Source: a virus. From it: a stretch of DNA of 64,000 bases. This document shows, in pieces, positions 50,618 to 62,500 of the stretch. The position numbers and the translations under genes were made by a program. Every line of letters starts with the position of its first letter. The stretch's first letter is position 1. The notes beneath the pieces are model-generated. The model made no database searches. It was not told where the DNA came from and worked only from the letters and a program-made list of their open reading frames with translations. The stretch is taken from IMG/VR virus record IMGVR_UViG_3300009499_000053; one strand, 5' to 3'.

Positions 50618-52998
50618 TCAAGAGAAGCTCTTTGGAGCATTACTAGGATTCCGAGAAGGAGACAGGGTTAAGGTTCGAAGAAAGGTTAGAGAATGGAGAC
50701 AGGGCAGACCTTCTACATTCCACTACTACTGGAAGTATGGAACGGTAGTAGGAGTAGTGAAGGTACGAAACTGGCTCTTAGAAGTAGATGAGGAGAGAAT
50801 TGCAGTAGACTTCGAGGGATTTCCCTATCATCTGAAACCACAAGACTTGATAAGGTGTAGGAAGTATGTATCAAAGAATCAGTGATGAAGAGTTACTCTC
50901 ACTACCACCACCAACTGGTTTTATTCTGTGTAGCCTCCTCAATATCCCTACTAAGAAGGGAGAGAATGGTTACCTCAAGTGTAAAAGATGTCAAGACCAC
51001 ATACCGTGTGTTAGGTATATAGAAGCTACTCAAAGGAGAGGAGGATATGCCTGTAAAACAAGAAGTGTCTTTGATAAAGAAGAAGAAAGTAAGCAAATGG
51101 AAAGATATCTGGACTCTGTTGGATATACCTCCCAGTAAACGAACTGCGAAGGAGAACAAGAGGGTAAAGGTATACCTCAAAGGTCTAAAGAGACTTAACG
51201 ATATACCACAGGAGGCGTGTAAGAACTGTGGAAAGAAGTGGCCAGCACCCAGTACATTTTGTGGGTCTGTCTGCAAGGAAAAGTACGAGGAGAAGAATAA
51301 TGGTAAGAAAGAGAGACAGATTACCAAAGATGAGCACAAGAGAGTTAAGAAAACTCTATTCAAAACTCAGAGCAACTAGCCACCATGTTGGTAGGGCAAG
51401 GACTGACGCATGGAAACACCTACAAAGTACAATCACCTCTGAGAAGAATGTCTGGCGCTTACAGAATAGAGCACTGTACTGGATAGGTAAAAAGAGAGCT
51501 GAGAACTGCCCAGCGTTTAAACCTAGTGGTTCTCACTCCGCCAAGTGTATGGTTCATCAACCTGAATACGCCTCTTCACTTAAGAATGTCTACCACTATA
51601 GGTGTAGTGACTGTAGGTTACACAGGAAGACACGAATGAAGGTAGGGACATTCAATGGGGTGTTTGTAAATCCATCACCGTAGGGGATTGTAATGGGACT
51701 AGATATAGGATGTAGCTGTGGGGCTACATACATCTCATGCAGTTACTCTGGTTTTAATACTTGGCGCACAGAACTTGCAAAGTATGTTAAGATAGACCTA
51801 ACTAAGATGAATGGCTTTGGTAAAGTTGCTATCCCTTGGACAAAGAAGGAACGCTTCTACTACCTACTATACCACTCAGATTGTGATGGTCACTTAAACT
51901 ACCGTCAGTGTAGGAAGTTACTACATGACTTCGATTGGTTACATCAGAAACTTAGGAATCCTACTACCAAGGAGTTCTGGCATTATCTCTTGCAACCTGT
52001 ACCTGAAGACTGGTTTCTTGAATACTTTGACATGTGGTATGATGCAGTTAAACACTCAGTAAGTAACCAGTGTTGGTTACAATTTCATTAGAGGAGAAGA
52101 TAGGTAGGTGATAACATGATAAGAATACCAAATAGTCTGTTTGTACCTAAGATTCATAATGGTAGGGTAGGTAGGGTGTTCGTCTATGCCCTTAATGCCT
52201 TCACCATAGGAATAAGTCCTGAACTATGCCCAGACTGGGACAAGGAAGCCCTCTGGAAAAAGACATGGCAGGCATGGAGACGGGGGAGTAACTGGATAAT
52301 TAACCTTCCCAGTCGCGTAACAAGGTTCTACTTACTACGTGAATCTGGGACTAAGATGGTAACTACTGCCAGCAGTGGTAGTTTACTCGTTACAGTTACG
52401 AGGGAATATGAATGAACGAAAAGAAAAAGAAAGAGATTGCTCTGGAGTATATTAAAGGACTTATGTATGGTGATTGGGATGAAGAGATGTTGTCTGTTCA
52501 CCAGATGAGGAAGTACAAGCTTACTCCAGAAAAGTATGTGGAAGTCACAACGTGGCTTAATAAGAAAATAAAGGAGATGTTTGGAGAATGATATACGAAT
52601 TCTACAAATATGAGAAAGAACACGGTAAGTCCTCTGTCGCCCTAGATGTAAACTTTGGGGGAGCAGGACGCAAGTGGGTGTTCTGTAATGACCCACCAAA
52701 CCAGAGAATGTGTAAGTGCCATAAATGTAAGATAAAGATACTTCGAGAAGTTCCAAGAATTCAGTTGGATGCGTCTTACCACTATGGTGCTGGGTTCTAC
52801 TGCCTAAGTTGTGGTACAGATATGCTAATCGACAAACAAACAAGTCTCAAGACTTCAGTCGATGCCATTAACAATGAGGTAAAGAACCTAGGGAAAATCG
52901 TGACTATAGCAGAGGAAGTGATGCAGGATGAATTCTATGCTCAGAAGATGGCACTTGGAAAGCTTTGTCAGGTGATAGGAAGGGAGGACAGACGATAA
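50604..52998 (+). other. Small ORFs 50604-50885 (tag + KOW-like), 50866-51138, 51047-51379, 51300-51683, 51693-52091, 52116-52415, 52412-52591, 52588-52998
   Basis: Same-strand packed ORFs, several Cys-rich; 51693 has the MGLDI..SYSGFNTWR..L.HSDCDG pattern seen in phage hypotheticals. Confidence 0.55.
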
Positions 52999-53265
52999 TA
53001 CCTGCTGCTGGAGATATATTAACTCATAATTTACCCCCAGTATCCATGGGATAACTTTTACTTGGGAATAGTCTATGGTTAGACTACTGTTAGACTATCT
53101 AGTAGGAGTTAATGTTACCAGCGTGGTATTAAGTCAGGTGTTAAATGTCATGCAGGGAACTCTAATGTCAAACTTAGTCACTGGGCGGGAATGGCTAACT
53201 CAAGAGATGAACTGGGATGACGGATCACCTAACTTCATAGTTAAGATAAGGAGGATGTAATAAGA

Positions 53266-54792
53266 ATGGCTGGAAATATAATCGTAAAACAGATAGAGAA
53301 GAGGAATTGGAATCAACTAAAGGAAGGCGTCCTAATATATGAACTGAAGATACCTGCTGTTTCAACTGCTAAGAAATATAAGGCAGAGGTTGAAGAGTGG
53401 GCTATCTTACCCAAGGAAAGACAGAGAAGTTACTATGGTTCTGATAAGGATAATGTGATGATTCTGAGGGTATCAGCTGCTTGGTCAAATGCTAAGGGAA
53501 CAGTAAAGGTAATTCTAGCTGGTAAGGACTACACTGCTGTCTTCTCACGGGAAAAGAACGTTGATGGATATATTGGAATCAAGACACCGAGTAGCTATGA
53601 GAAGAACTCATGTGATGTCTTTGACCACATAGACGTGGGGACATGGCTAGTATGCCCTAAGAAGTATGATGGGTCAGCTTATGAGATGGAAGTAGCGTTC
53701 ATCTCTAATGAGTCAAGTATAGACAATGTCAAGGAAATCTTAGAGACTGTCTGGTATATGCACAGAAGACATTCACTGAATAGGTCATTCCAATGGGAAC
53801 AGGAGTACCAGATAGAGTCCCTTGGAACTATTACCCTGAAGGAAGTATTACTTCAGAAGATAGTCTTTAACAGGACACTCAGACATTTCAAGTGGGTAAA
53901 ACGTAAGGAACAATGGGATCAATGGAACTCTATTAAGGCAAACATTAGCTTCGTAGATAATGGAACAACCTTTAAGACTAAGGTGAAAGCACTTGATGGA
54001 AACACTTGGTCATTTGAGTCAGCATCAAAGAAAGTACTAGACAGACTACCTGAAGAACCACTGTCCTTTGATACTGGGATATACAGGAAAGAGTGGTGGG
54101 TACCCTTTGTCTACCGTAAACGAGGTAACCGCTTCCTACAACAACCAAATGCTGAGAAGACTAACCAGTTAATGCAATACTTCCTACAGGCAATGCACCG
54201 ATTAAAGGCAAGGGAAGTGACCTTTGGATTCAACAAAAAGACTGTCATTATGACACAGAAGACAACTGGAAACAAGGCTCGACTATTCTACTTAGATGGA
54301 AAGATAGTCAAAGCAGACAACATAAGGGAGAAGGTGAAGGACTACTTCATAAACAGCAAACCAATAGTTGAAGAGAAGGTAGAGGTGGAACTATCGAATG
54401 GAAGGTCTGTAGCAAGAGCTACTCTCTCAGTTGAAGCACAAAAGCTAATAGAAGAAGGACTCAATGGAAAGATGCGGGACTTAGAGGGAGAATTCCCCTT
54501 CCACTTGAACATTATTTACAAGAAGGAGGAACGTAAGTGGTATATCGAGTGCGCTGGAAAGCTCTTCTATGTGAAGGGAGGGTATGGTGCACTTAAGAAG
54601 ATCCAATCAGCAGCACGAGGGACAGCAGTCCTTGACTGGGACAAGTATAAAGACAATGCCTTTGGGAAGTCCGGAACACGAGTTATTAGGAACAGACTAG
54701 CTGAGTTGGTAGGACCTAAGGATGCACTGTGGATAGTGGTGAACGTAAAGAAGATGGGAGCACTGATGAAGGCAATAGGACCTTCCGTATAG
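53266..54792 (+). CDS. Large hypothetical protein (508 aa)
   Basis: Long ORF with AGGAGG RBS; no motif recognised. Confidence 0.75.
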   Translation: MAGNIIVKQIEKRNWNQLKEGVLIYELKIPAVSTAKKYKAEVEEWAILPKERQRSYYGSDKDNVMILRVSAAWSNAKGTVKVILAGKDYTAVFSREKNVDGYIGIKTPSSYEKNSCDVFDHIDVGTWLVCPKKYDGSAYEMEVAFISNESSIDNVKEILETVWYMHRRHSLNRSFQWEQEYQIESLGTITLKEVLLQKIVFNRTLRHFKWVKRKEQWDQWNSIKANISFVDNGTTFKTKVKALDGNTWSFESASKKVLDRLPEEPLSFDTGIYRKEWWVPFVYRKRGNRFLQQPNAEKTNQLMQYFLQAMHRLKAREVTFGFNKKTVIMTQKTTGNKARLFYLDGKIVKADNIREKVKDYFINSKPIVEEKVEVELSNGRSVARATLSVEAQKLIEEGLNGKMRDLEGEFPFHLNIIYKKEERKWYIECAGKLFYVKGGYGALKKIQSAARGTAVLDWDKYKDNAFGKSGTRVIRNRLAELVGPKDALWIVVNVKKMGALMKAIGPSV

Positions 54793-54907
54793 GCCTAGAT
54801 GGGATAACTGGTGACTTATAACTGATGAGACGTACTAACTGTGAGGTTAAGAGTACCTAGGGGTAAACTGTAAGTTGAGAGTTAATACGGGGTCTCATGG
54901 ACTAACT

Positions 54908-55559
54908 ATGAAATTAACACCAAGGGCCCAGGAGGACCTGTGGTCAAAGGTATTCACTAAGAACTGTAGGAACTGTCATCACCCAATACGAACTAACCGA
55001 GACCGAGGAATACCGGTTAATCCGGACAAGGCCTTTCACTGGATAGAGGATTATGGTTCAAAGATGTGTCCTTGTTATGAGTGCTCCTGCAACAGACCAG
55101 AACCTTAAGACGGACAGCCTGATGCTAACTCTAACGATAACCTCGAACCGTGGGACTAACTCATAGGTTAATATTTGATCCAGGGCCCAGGAGGAAACTT
55201 AGATGAAGATAACCAGGAAAGAGAAGAAAGTACTATTCAATAGACTATTCAAGGGTCTAGAGTTAAAGCAGGGCGATGTGATTATATTCACTCAACGTGG
55301 AAAGAAACTCTGGCGTGTAGAGTGGAAAACAGATAAGGGTGCCTCTCTCATCTCACTAGGCACCAAGTGGTCCACACGATACATCTACCCAAAGGACCAT
55401 AGGAGAGTCCGAAAGGTCGAAGGGGCTGAACTGGTCCAGTGGATACTACGTAATAGACCAGGATATCTACCTAAGATTATAAAGGACCAAAAGAAGAGAA
55501 TTAAACTACTACGTAAGCTAATCCCCAAACCCGAAGGGTTAGAGGATATAGAGATATGA
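54908..55559 (+). other. Tag-bearing ORFs 54908-55108 (Zn-binding) and 55203-55559
   Basis: MKLTPRAQEDLWSKVF and MKITRKEKKVLFNRLF. Confidence 0.6.
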
Positions 55560-55853
55560 GGACGAGGTGTTACCTCACATATATACCAGTGGTCAGTAGA
55601 ACAGTTAGACAGTTGGACATATATACACATCTGCGCTATACTCTCTTTTCCCTTTCTCCTCTCCGATAGATGGAAGAGTAACACATACTGTATGATGTTT
55701 ATAGGGAGAAAGGTGGTATATACGTTTAAGTATGGAGTGTATAATGGAGGGAAATGCTGTAACTCAGTGGAGGGTAGTGGAAGGTATGGAGGGTTACTCA
55801 TTAATGGGTAGGAATATTTATAAGACAAGAAACCATATATCAGGTGAACGTAA

Positions 55854-56468
55854 ATGTCCACGGTTCTGAATCAGAAAAGACCATTATTAACGTATGGTAA
55901 TCTCAAACTTTCTAAGCGTCAAGCTATCTGGACACTTCCTTCAGGCATTACCTGTATTGGAGCAGGGGAATGTGCAAAGTGGTGTTATTCCAGAAAAGCA
56001 GAACGATGTTATAAACGGGCAAGAGCTTCTAGGGAATGGAAATTAGAGGTAAGTAAGAAAGCTAATTTCGTTCTAGTTATGGTAAATGCCATTCTCAACT
56101 CTAAGAGAAAGATAGTCAGGGTTCATCAAGACGGAGATTTCTACTCTCAGGATTATTTGGAGAAGTGGAAGAATATAGCAAGGTTACTTCCAAACGTGAC
56201 CTTATACGCATTCACTAAGTCTTTTGAGTTAGACCTATGGGTAGGACTTCCTAAGAACTTTATCATCATTCAATCGTTTGGTTCAAGGTATGATGGGAAG
56301 ATAGACACCAAAAGGAATACCGCAAGAGTAGTAGATACTCAGGCAGAAATTGGGAAGAAAGAATACACTTGTCCTTACCACGAAGAAACTTTCACTAAGT
56401 GTGGTGAGTATTGCACTTACTGCATGACTAGAGGGAAGATAAAACACGTTGCCTTTCTCAAACACTAA
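55854..56468 (+). CDS. Phage gp88-like protein (Cys-cluster, radical-SAM-like fold suspected)
   Basis: GNLKL..WTLPSGITCIGAGECAKWCYS, VRVHQDGDFYS, YAFTKS; TTTATAA promoter about 35 nt upstream. Confidence 0.7.
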   Translation: MSTVLNQKRPLLTYGNLKLSKRQAIWTLPSGITCIGAGECAKWCYSRKAERCYKRARASREWKLEVSKKANFVLVMVNAILNSKRKIVRVHQDGDFYSQDYLEKWKNIARLLPNVTLYAFTKSFELDLWVGLPKNFIIIQSFGSRYDGKIDTKRNTARVVDTQAEIGKKEYTCPYHEETFTKCGEYCTYCMTRGKIKHVAFLKH

Positions 56469-56700
56469 ATTCTGGAAAGCTCTCTTTGGAACAAGGAGAG
56501 TTTGTGCAAGTGTTAAATGTAAAAAGGTTACCTTCTACTGTTCTGGAAAGTGTCCACCTGATAGATGGGCATATTCAAAGAAACGTAGTAAAGTCGATGG
56601 AAAGTCATGTTTCTGTCCTAAATGTGTGCGAACTGCTAGAAGATGGGGGTTTGAGAGAAAGGAAGAGAGATTCAAATACTGTTTTGGAGAACAACTCTGA
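56449..56700 (+). CDS. Tag-bearing Cys-rich protein
   Basis: FWKALFG followed by a Cys cluster. Confidence 0.55.
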   Translation: MPFSNTKFWKALFGTRRVCASVKCKKVTFYCSGKCPPDRWAYSKKRSKVDGKSCFCPKCVRTARRWGFERKEERFKYCFGEQL

Positions 56701-57287
56701 TGGAAAAGACCAAACAAATGAAGTTCAAGAACTATCCTAAAGTCTACCGTATTCCTATTCCAGAGTTCCCTCTGACTAGGGGAAAACACTATCTCACAGA
56801 AGAGGAAACAGAGAAACTATGTAGTGGAAGGGTAGTCATAGAGGAAAAGGTAGATGGTAAGATAGGTTCAGAGTATCATTCAGGTTACCCAGAAAGCTAT
56901 CTCTTCTACGAGTTTGCTAAATGGAAACATACAATACCCTACATAAAACTTCCACAGTGGAAGATATACTTTGATATGTGGCTTCTCTACGAAGAGGAAT
57001 TCGCAGACATGGGAATTAAGAAGTTTACATTCGATAAGATGGGTGTTCCTATGGTTCAGACATTATATGATGGACAGATGTCTGGATTCAAGGAGCTACA
57101 CCATCATCTCAAAAGAATCTTAGGTTTCCCTAGTGCTTATGGAGACAATCCAATAGAGGGAATTGTAGTCAAGAACTACCCTAGACAACTACTAGGTAAG
57201 ATAGTTAATCCAATGTTTGAAGAGGATATGGATAGCGCAGGTCATTGGATGAAGAGAAAGAAGGAGAGAAATAGACTTGCAATTTAG
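56700..57287 (+). CDS. RNA ligase (compact ATP-dependent nucleotidyltransferase domain, Rnl2/Rnl5-like)
   Basis: YPK.., EEKVDG (motif I), FYE, YFDMW, EGIVVK (motif IV), GKIV; no OB domain. Confidence 0.75.
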   Translation: MEKTKQMKFKNYPKVYRIPIPEFPLTRGKHYLTEEETEKLCSGRVVIEEKVDGKIGSEYHSGYPESYLFYEFAKWKHTIPYIKLPQWKIYFDMWLLYEEEFADMGIKKFTFDKMGVPMVQTLYDGQMSGFKELHHHLKRILGFPSAYGDNPIEGIVVKNYPRQLLGKIVNPMFEEDMDSAGHWMKRKKERNRLAI

Positions 57288-58391
57288 TGTTGAAGAAAGG
57301 AAGAAAGCTCTTAGACTCTGGATAGAACTGTTCGGAACGCTTAAGTGTAAATCTACCTGTCGATACAGTAGGAATGGTATCTGCACAGATGACCCCAACA
57401 AACATACATGGGGAATGGACTGTATTGATAGAGAATGCTATACAGTTAGGCAGATTCTATTCTCAGGAGATAAACGGAATGGTTAAACCTTGGGCATCTA
57501 TTGGAACTGAGGAAGAAAACTTCTGGAAGAGATTCTACCAAGTCTACATTCGAGGAGACCTGATAGAGTATCCTGAGAATCCAATTATCTATGGAGACAA
57601 TAACACTGGTAGAGGAATCTACTACACTCACTACAAGATAGGAACAGAAGTTCATCTTATAGTGGCTTACAATGCCTCAATAGGTGGAAAGATTCAGATA
57701 GGAGACTGTTTTCTAACTGAGAACGAATGGAACAGAGTGAAGATACTTAAGAAGGCAGAGAATTTCAAACATCTTATAGAAGCAATACAATACTACAGAG
57801 ATGAAAGGTTGCGTTTGAATTGGTAACCTACTCAACTAAGCCTAATATTCCAAGAGATGAACCTAGACTCTGTCGTGTGTCTTTCACCGAAGGTAATTGT
57901 GATAAGGGAATAGCAAAAGACTGTAATGGACTTTGTTGTAAGTCTTGTAATAAATCTTATTGTAACAGGAAATGTCCTCAGTCATATCTCCTTAACTGTT
58001 TTAGAGAAGTTACACTTAGAGAAGTAGCATTTGAGAGGTTATTCAGGTGAGTTACATAACAGTGGATTGTGATACCACAAGACGATTTAATACATCTGTC
58101 TTATGGCAGAGACTCTTTAAGCGCTTTGCAAAGGGAGACATTATTCGGTTTGGTACACTGTCTTTTTTTACGAGGACAGGTATCTTCTACAATACCTACA
58201 AAATGACAAATGAACAGATCCATGTTCAAGTGATTGTGGGATGGGGAGATAGTCCCAACACGATTAAAGTAGCAGAGCTTCTTCTCTGGGAACATGAATG
58301 GAAGGATGCAAAGTTAATTAGGGGTTGTGAAGAGTTTAACAGTTTATATGATGTAATGGATTGGTGGAAGAATAAACGTGAAAGAACTTAA
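57277..58391 (+). other. Tag-bearing ORFs 57277-57486, 57479-57826, 57820-58050, 58047-58391
   Basis: LWIELF, FWKRFY, AFERLF (C), LWQRLF; 57479 and 58047 are paralogs. Confidence 0.6.
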
Positions 58392-58965
58392 GAAAAGAGC
58401 AGAGAAACTATACAAGGAATGTAAGGCTCTCCGTAAACAGATGGAGGATGTAGGAGAGCTTAGAAAGAAAGCAATGGAGAGACTAGGATCTTTGGAAGAG
58501 AAAATGAAACAGTTTGAGAGTGTCTTCACACGCAAAGATAGATATGAGTTCCTAGAACACACAGCAGACCAATACATTAGAGCATTTGGAAAGACCTTAG
58601 AGGAAGCATTTGAGAATGGTGGTCTTGCACTCTTCGATACAATGACAGATATAACCAAAGTTCATCCTCTGGAATATGCAAAGATTCTCATTTCCAGAGA
58701 AGACCACGACCTACAAGCTCTCCTTTATGACTTCATAGAGGAACTTCTAGTTAAGTGGGAATTAACAAACATACTCTTCTCAGACATCAAAGTTCAGATA
58801 AAGAAGACAAAGAAGGGTTACGAGGTCTTTGCACAACTCAAAGGAGAAGAGTTCGACAATCAGAAGCATGAACAGAAAGTAGGAGTAAAGGCTATGACCT
58901 ACTGTCTAATGAGGATAGATAACACTCCTCCTAATGTGATAATAGAGTTTGTGGTGGATATATGA
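58378..58965 (+). CDS. Archease with N-terminal coiled-coil extension
   Basis: YEFLEHTAD..I.AFGKTLEEAFEN, LLYDFIEELL, VKAMTY, C-terminal VVDI. Confidence 0.9.
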   Translation: MKELKKRAEKLYKECKALRKQMEDVGELRKKAMERLGSLEEKMKQFESVFTRKDRYEFLEHTADQYIRAFGKTLEEAFENGGLALFDTMTDITKVHPLEYAKILISREDHDLQALLYDFIEELLVKWELTNILFSDIKVQIKKTKKGYEVFAQLKGEEFDNQKHEQKVGVKAMTYCLMRIDNTPPNVIIEFVVDI

Positions 58966-59581
58966 AAATAGGATTCAGAGCAAGGTTTAAAGATTCAGAG
59001 AAAAGAACACCTATCTATAATGAGGAGAGACTTAGTGACTCATTTCTGGTGTTTCTTCCTAGTAGAATAGAGATCATTCCTATAAAGGATGTTGAACAAC
59101 ATTCATATAACTCTGGGAGACTCTATGAAATAAAGATGGAAGTAAGTAAACTAATTACAATGGAAGAGCTTAAGGAGAAACTCCTCAAGATGGATATAAG
59201 TATTAAGAGTATCTCTAACATCAAAAGAGAGTTTACAAAGGAAGAACTAGAAGAAGTAGAGAAGTTAGTCTGTTTCAAGGAGATCTTTGAACCTACAGAG
59301 GTTGTAGTTAAGTGATTCCAATGCTCTTCGTAATAATCATAGGAATAGGAGTAGCTGTTCTTATAGGGAAGTCTGTTGTTACGAAGATACTAGCTAAGAC
59401 AAATGCGATAGAGAGGAGAGAAAGTCTAGAACGAATTAGAAAGCTAGAAGGAAGACTTAAGCAGGCAGTGGAACTATTACCACACGAAGACGATGTGATA
59501 GATGGATCTGAGGAAACAAGTGAGGCAGAAGGACTTCCATGTAGTGCAGTAATGGATGCTGAGGATAATGAAGAAGAGTGA
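58962..59581 (+). other. ORFs 58962-59315 (C-terminal CFKEIF) and 59312-59581 (N-terminal TM helix plus coiled coil)
   Basis: Coupled ORFs. Confidence 0.55.
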
Positions 59582-62500
59582 AACTAGGGAACTTTGGAGA
59601 GAGCTATTCGGATGGCACAAGGGAGATAAGTGTAGAATGCCTAAGTTTCCATTACTAGAATGTTATGGAAAGATTGTTACCTTCGCCACAATGGCGAATA
59701 ATGACTTATATGCAGTGGTTGAGTATAAGAATAGAAACTGGATTGGTACACGTAGAGGAGTCTTTCCTGTGAAAGATCTTTTAGAGGATGATAGAGATTG
59801 AAACTAAGTAAAGCAAATAAGCTCTGGCGGAAGCTATTTGGAATGATAGGAAGAGAGGTAGTACTAAAGAAACGTTTTCAAAAACAGCATCCATATATGT
59901 ATGTCTGGTATTCTCCTTCATCATTATGTATCAAGATTCCAGTGGAGAAGTTCGTAGGAGTTATAGTTTCAAAGAGGATATGGAGTCAAGGACAAGCTTA
60001 TGACGTTAGATGGATTGCTGATAGAAGGTCACCTAGTCAAGCTAGGTCTTTCATTTGGCGGAGACACAAATTCGACATACTAGGGGAGAAAGAAACTGGG
60101 TAAGAAAGGAAGGATCTTCATTTCAAGGAACAAGTTCTTTGAAAGACTATTCAAAGGTCGTTGTTGCTTTACCTGTCTTCACTTCCAGAGAGCTACTAAA
60201 CACTGTTGGCAACCTTCTAAGTCTGAAGCATTCCGAGGAGTTAGCCCTCCTTTTGATTTCACCGAATACTTTGATATTCCATTGGAAGATTATCTAGTAG
60301 GTCAAGCCTGTGAATATTGGAGCTAAGAAGAGAAATGCTAAAGAATAAGCAAAAGAAGTTCTGGACTAAGTTCTTTAATCCACTTGAAGTTGGAAGTCAT
60401 ATTAGAATTAGATCTAAGTTTGCTCCTACTCCTGCTTGGATTTACAATGGTTACCTAGGTGAGATTGTAGCCATTAATTCAGATAAGTACGGTGTATTCT
60501 ATGAAATCCATATTCAAAGAAAAGATAATCCTCGTATGTTAGATGACGATGATGTCGTAACATACAGAAAGAAATACTTGGAGTTGATTGTATGACTGAT
60601 ACAAGACCTATCTGTTTCCAAGATGAGTGTTCTATGGTAGCTGTGAAGAATGGAATAGTGGTTCGATACTCAAAGGATATGAGACAGAATGGAGATGTCT
60701 ATGAGTGTCCCATATGCAAGAATGCTATTGTTATAGGCTTCGGGGATAAATACCACTCAACAGATAAGACAGATATCCGAAGGAGAGTATGTTAGAGTGA
60801 AGAACACGGGTAGTGATAGAAGGATACCAAAGGCAAGTCAAGTGTGGAGAGAACTTCTCCCTCCTTGTAGAGGATCGTGGGTACAGTTCGAGGCTCAGTT
60901 TCAAGGGGTACATAGAAAAATGATAGGCTTCATTAAAGCAGTAGAGATTAATGATAATGGTATTCCTTGGTATACTATCCGTGTAACAAGTATGCATCCA
61001 ATGGGTGATTGGGTTAAACCACACAACCTTGGAATCAAAGGCAATTCGAGGTTAAAGGTGATTGAAGAACCTTAGTAGGAAGCAGTCTAATTCCTTCTGG
61101 AACTTCTTCTTTGGAGTGGATCTGGGAGATATTGTAGAGATTGATGTGCAGAGTCATTCACATGATGACTGGCATAGGGTTCATGTGGAGATTATAGTAA
61201 CATATCCAGACCCTTGTAATGTAATTAATAGACGAGGACAATTACGAGGAAGAGTCATTAAAGACTTCGACAATGTTGGTCTCCGTAATAGCAGATACAC
61301 CTTCCATGCATCTAGGATAAAGAGGTTAGTGAAGAAATGGAAACGATAGTCTGTGAGAACCTTCCTTCTAAGAAGAAAGCAGATGTTGTATTCAGAGAAA
61401 TCTTTACCGACTTTCCTTATGCAGTAGGAGATAAGGTAACCTTTAATTACTCGTTTATGAGAGAAGAAGGAAAGATTACCCACATAGATCAGAGAGGTAA
61501 GTGGTTCTACGTCTGTATGGATGTTAACTTCGGTAAGTATAAGAGACTCTGTTTGAAAGGAAAAAGAAAAGACTACACAAACGATATGAGGATAGTTGCC
61601 TAGAATGAAATTACCCTTCAAAGAGACGGATGTTATTTGGTGGGAACTTATGCCTATCAAATTAGGAAATACAGTCAAGGTTCTCAAGACAGGGAGGATA
61701 GGTTGGGTAACTGGGATGACTATTCCCTGCTCTCACTCAGGAAAGATGAATATAGTGGTGGAGTACTACCTAAAGACCACTTGGGAAATACTCATAGGAA
61801 ATGCTTTAGGGGGTAAAGAAAGTGACTTTGTTTCCTGTAGGAGATGGGAAATTGAGAAGGTTAATGAGAAGCAATAGACTGACTAAGGAAGAGACAAAGG
61901 AACTCTGGGAGAATCTTTTTCCTCTTCTAACACACACAAGGGTTAAATTCCTAAGTGGATCTTGGAAAGGAAGAAAAGGGTGGATACTTAGTCAACGTTG
62001 GGATTATACCCTTAAAACAAATTTCTATATGGTTAGATTTGAGGATGGGATAGAGGTTGGTTACTACACAAGGAAAGAAATTGAACCCACTAAGTAGTCA
62101 GAAGGAGAAGAGACTCTGGGAAAAACTCTTTCCTATTCCTGTGGAATCGACGGTTAGGATCATGTCTAAGGGAGTCTATGAAGGACGACTTGGTCGGATA
62201 GTAAATCATAGGTGGGATGAGATCCTCAAAATGAATACTTACACAGTCATAATAAAAACAGCAGGCGGAGAAGAACTTGTCGGATACTGGACAGAAGAGA
62301 AACTCAAAGTCATTAAGTAGAAAGGATAGGAAGAGGTTTTGGGAGAGACTCTTCGAATTTAAGGTGGGAGATTTAGTCAGGGTTATCGGTGTTTGGGATG
62401 GAACTCTTAAAGATATTCGTCCTGATTTAATAGGGAGGCTAGGCACTATAATAAAAAAGGTAACTAGTTACCACGAAATGAATAGGACTACTCTTTTTCC

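Noticed and set aside
54822-54900. Hammerhead ribozyme (CTGATGA)
   Set aside because: No GAAA after stem II and no stems I/III found
60055-60297. Track ORF of 80 aa
   Set aside because: An overlapping frame (60096..60326) has the RBS, the tag and a Cys motif
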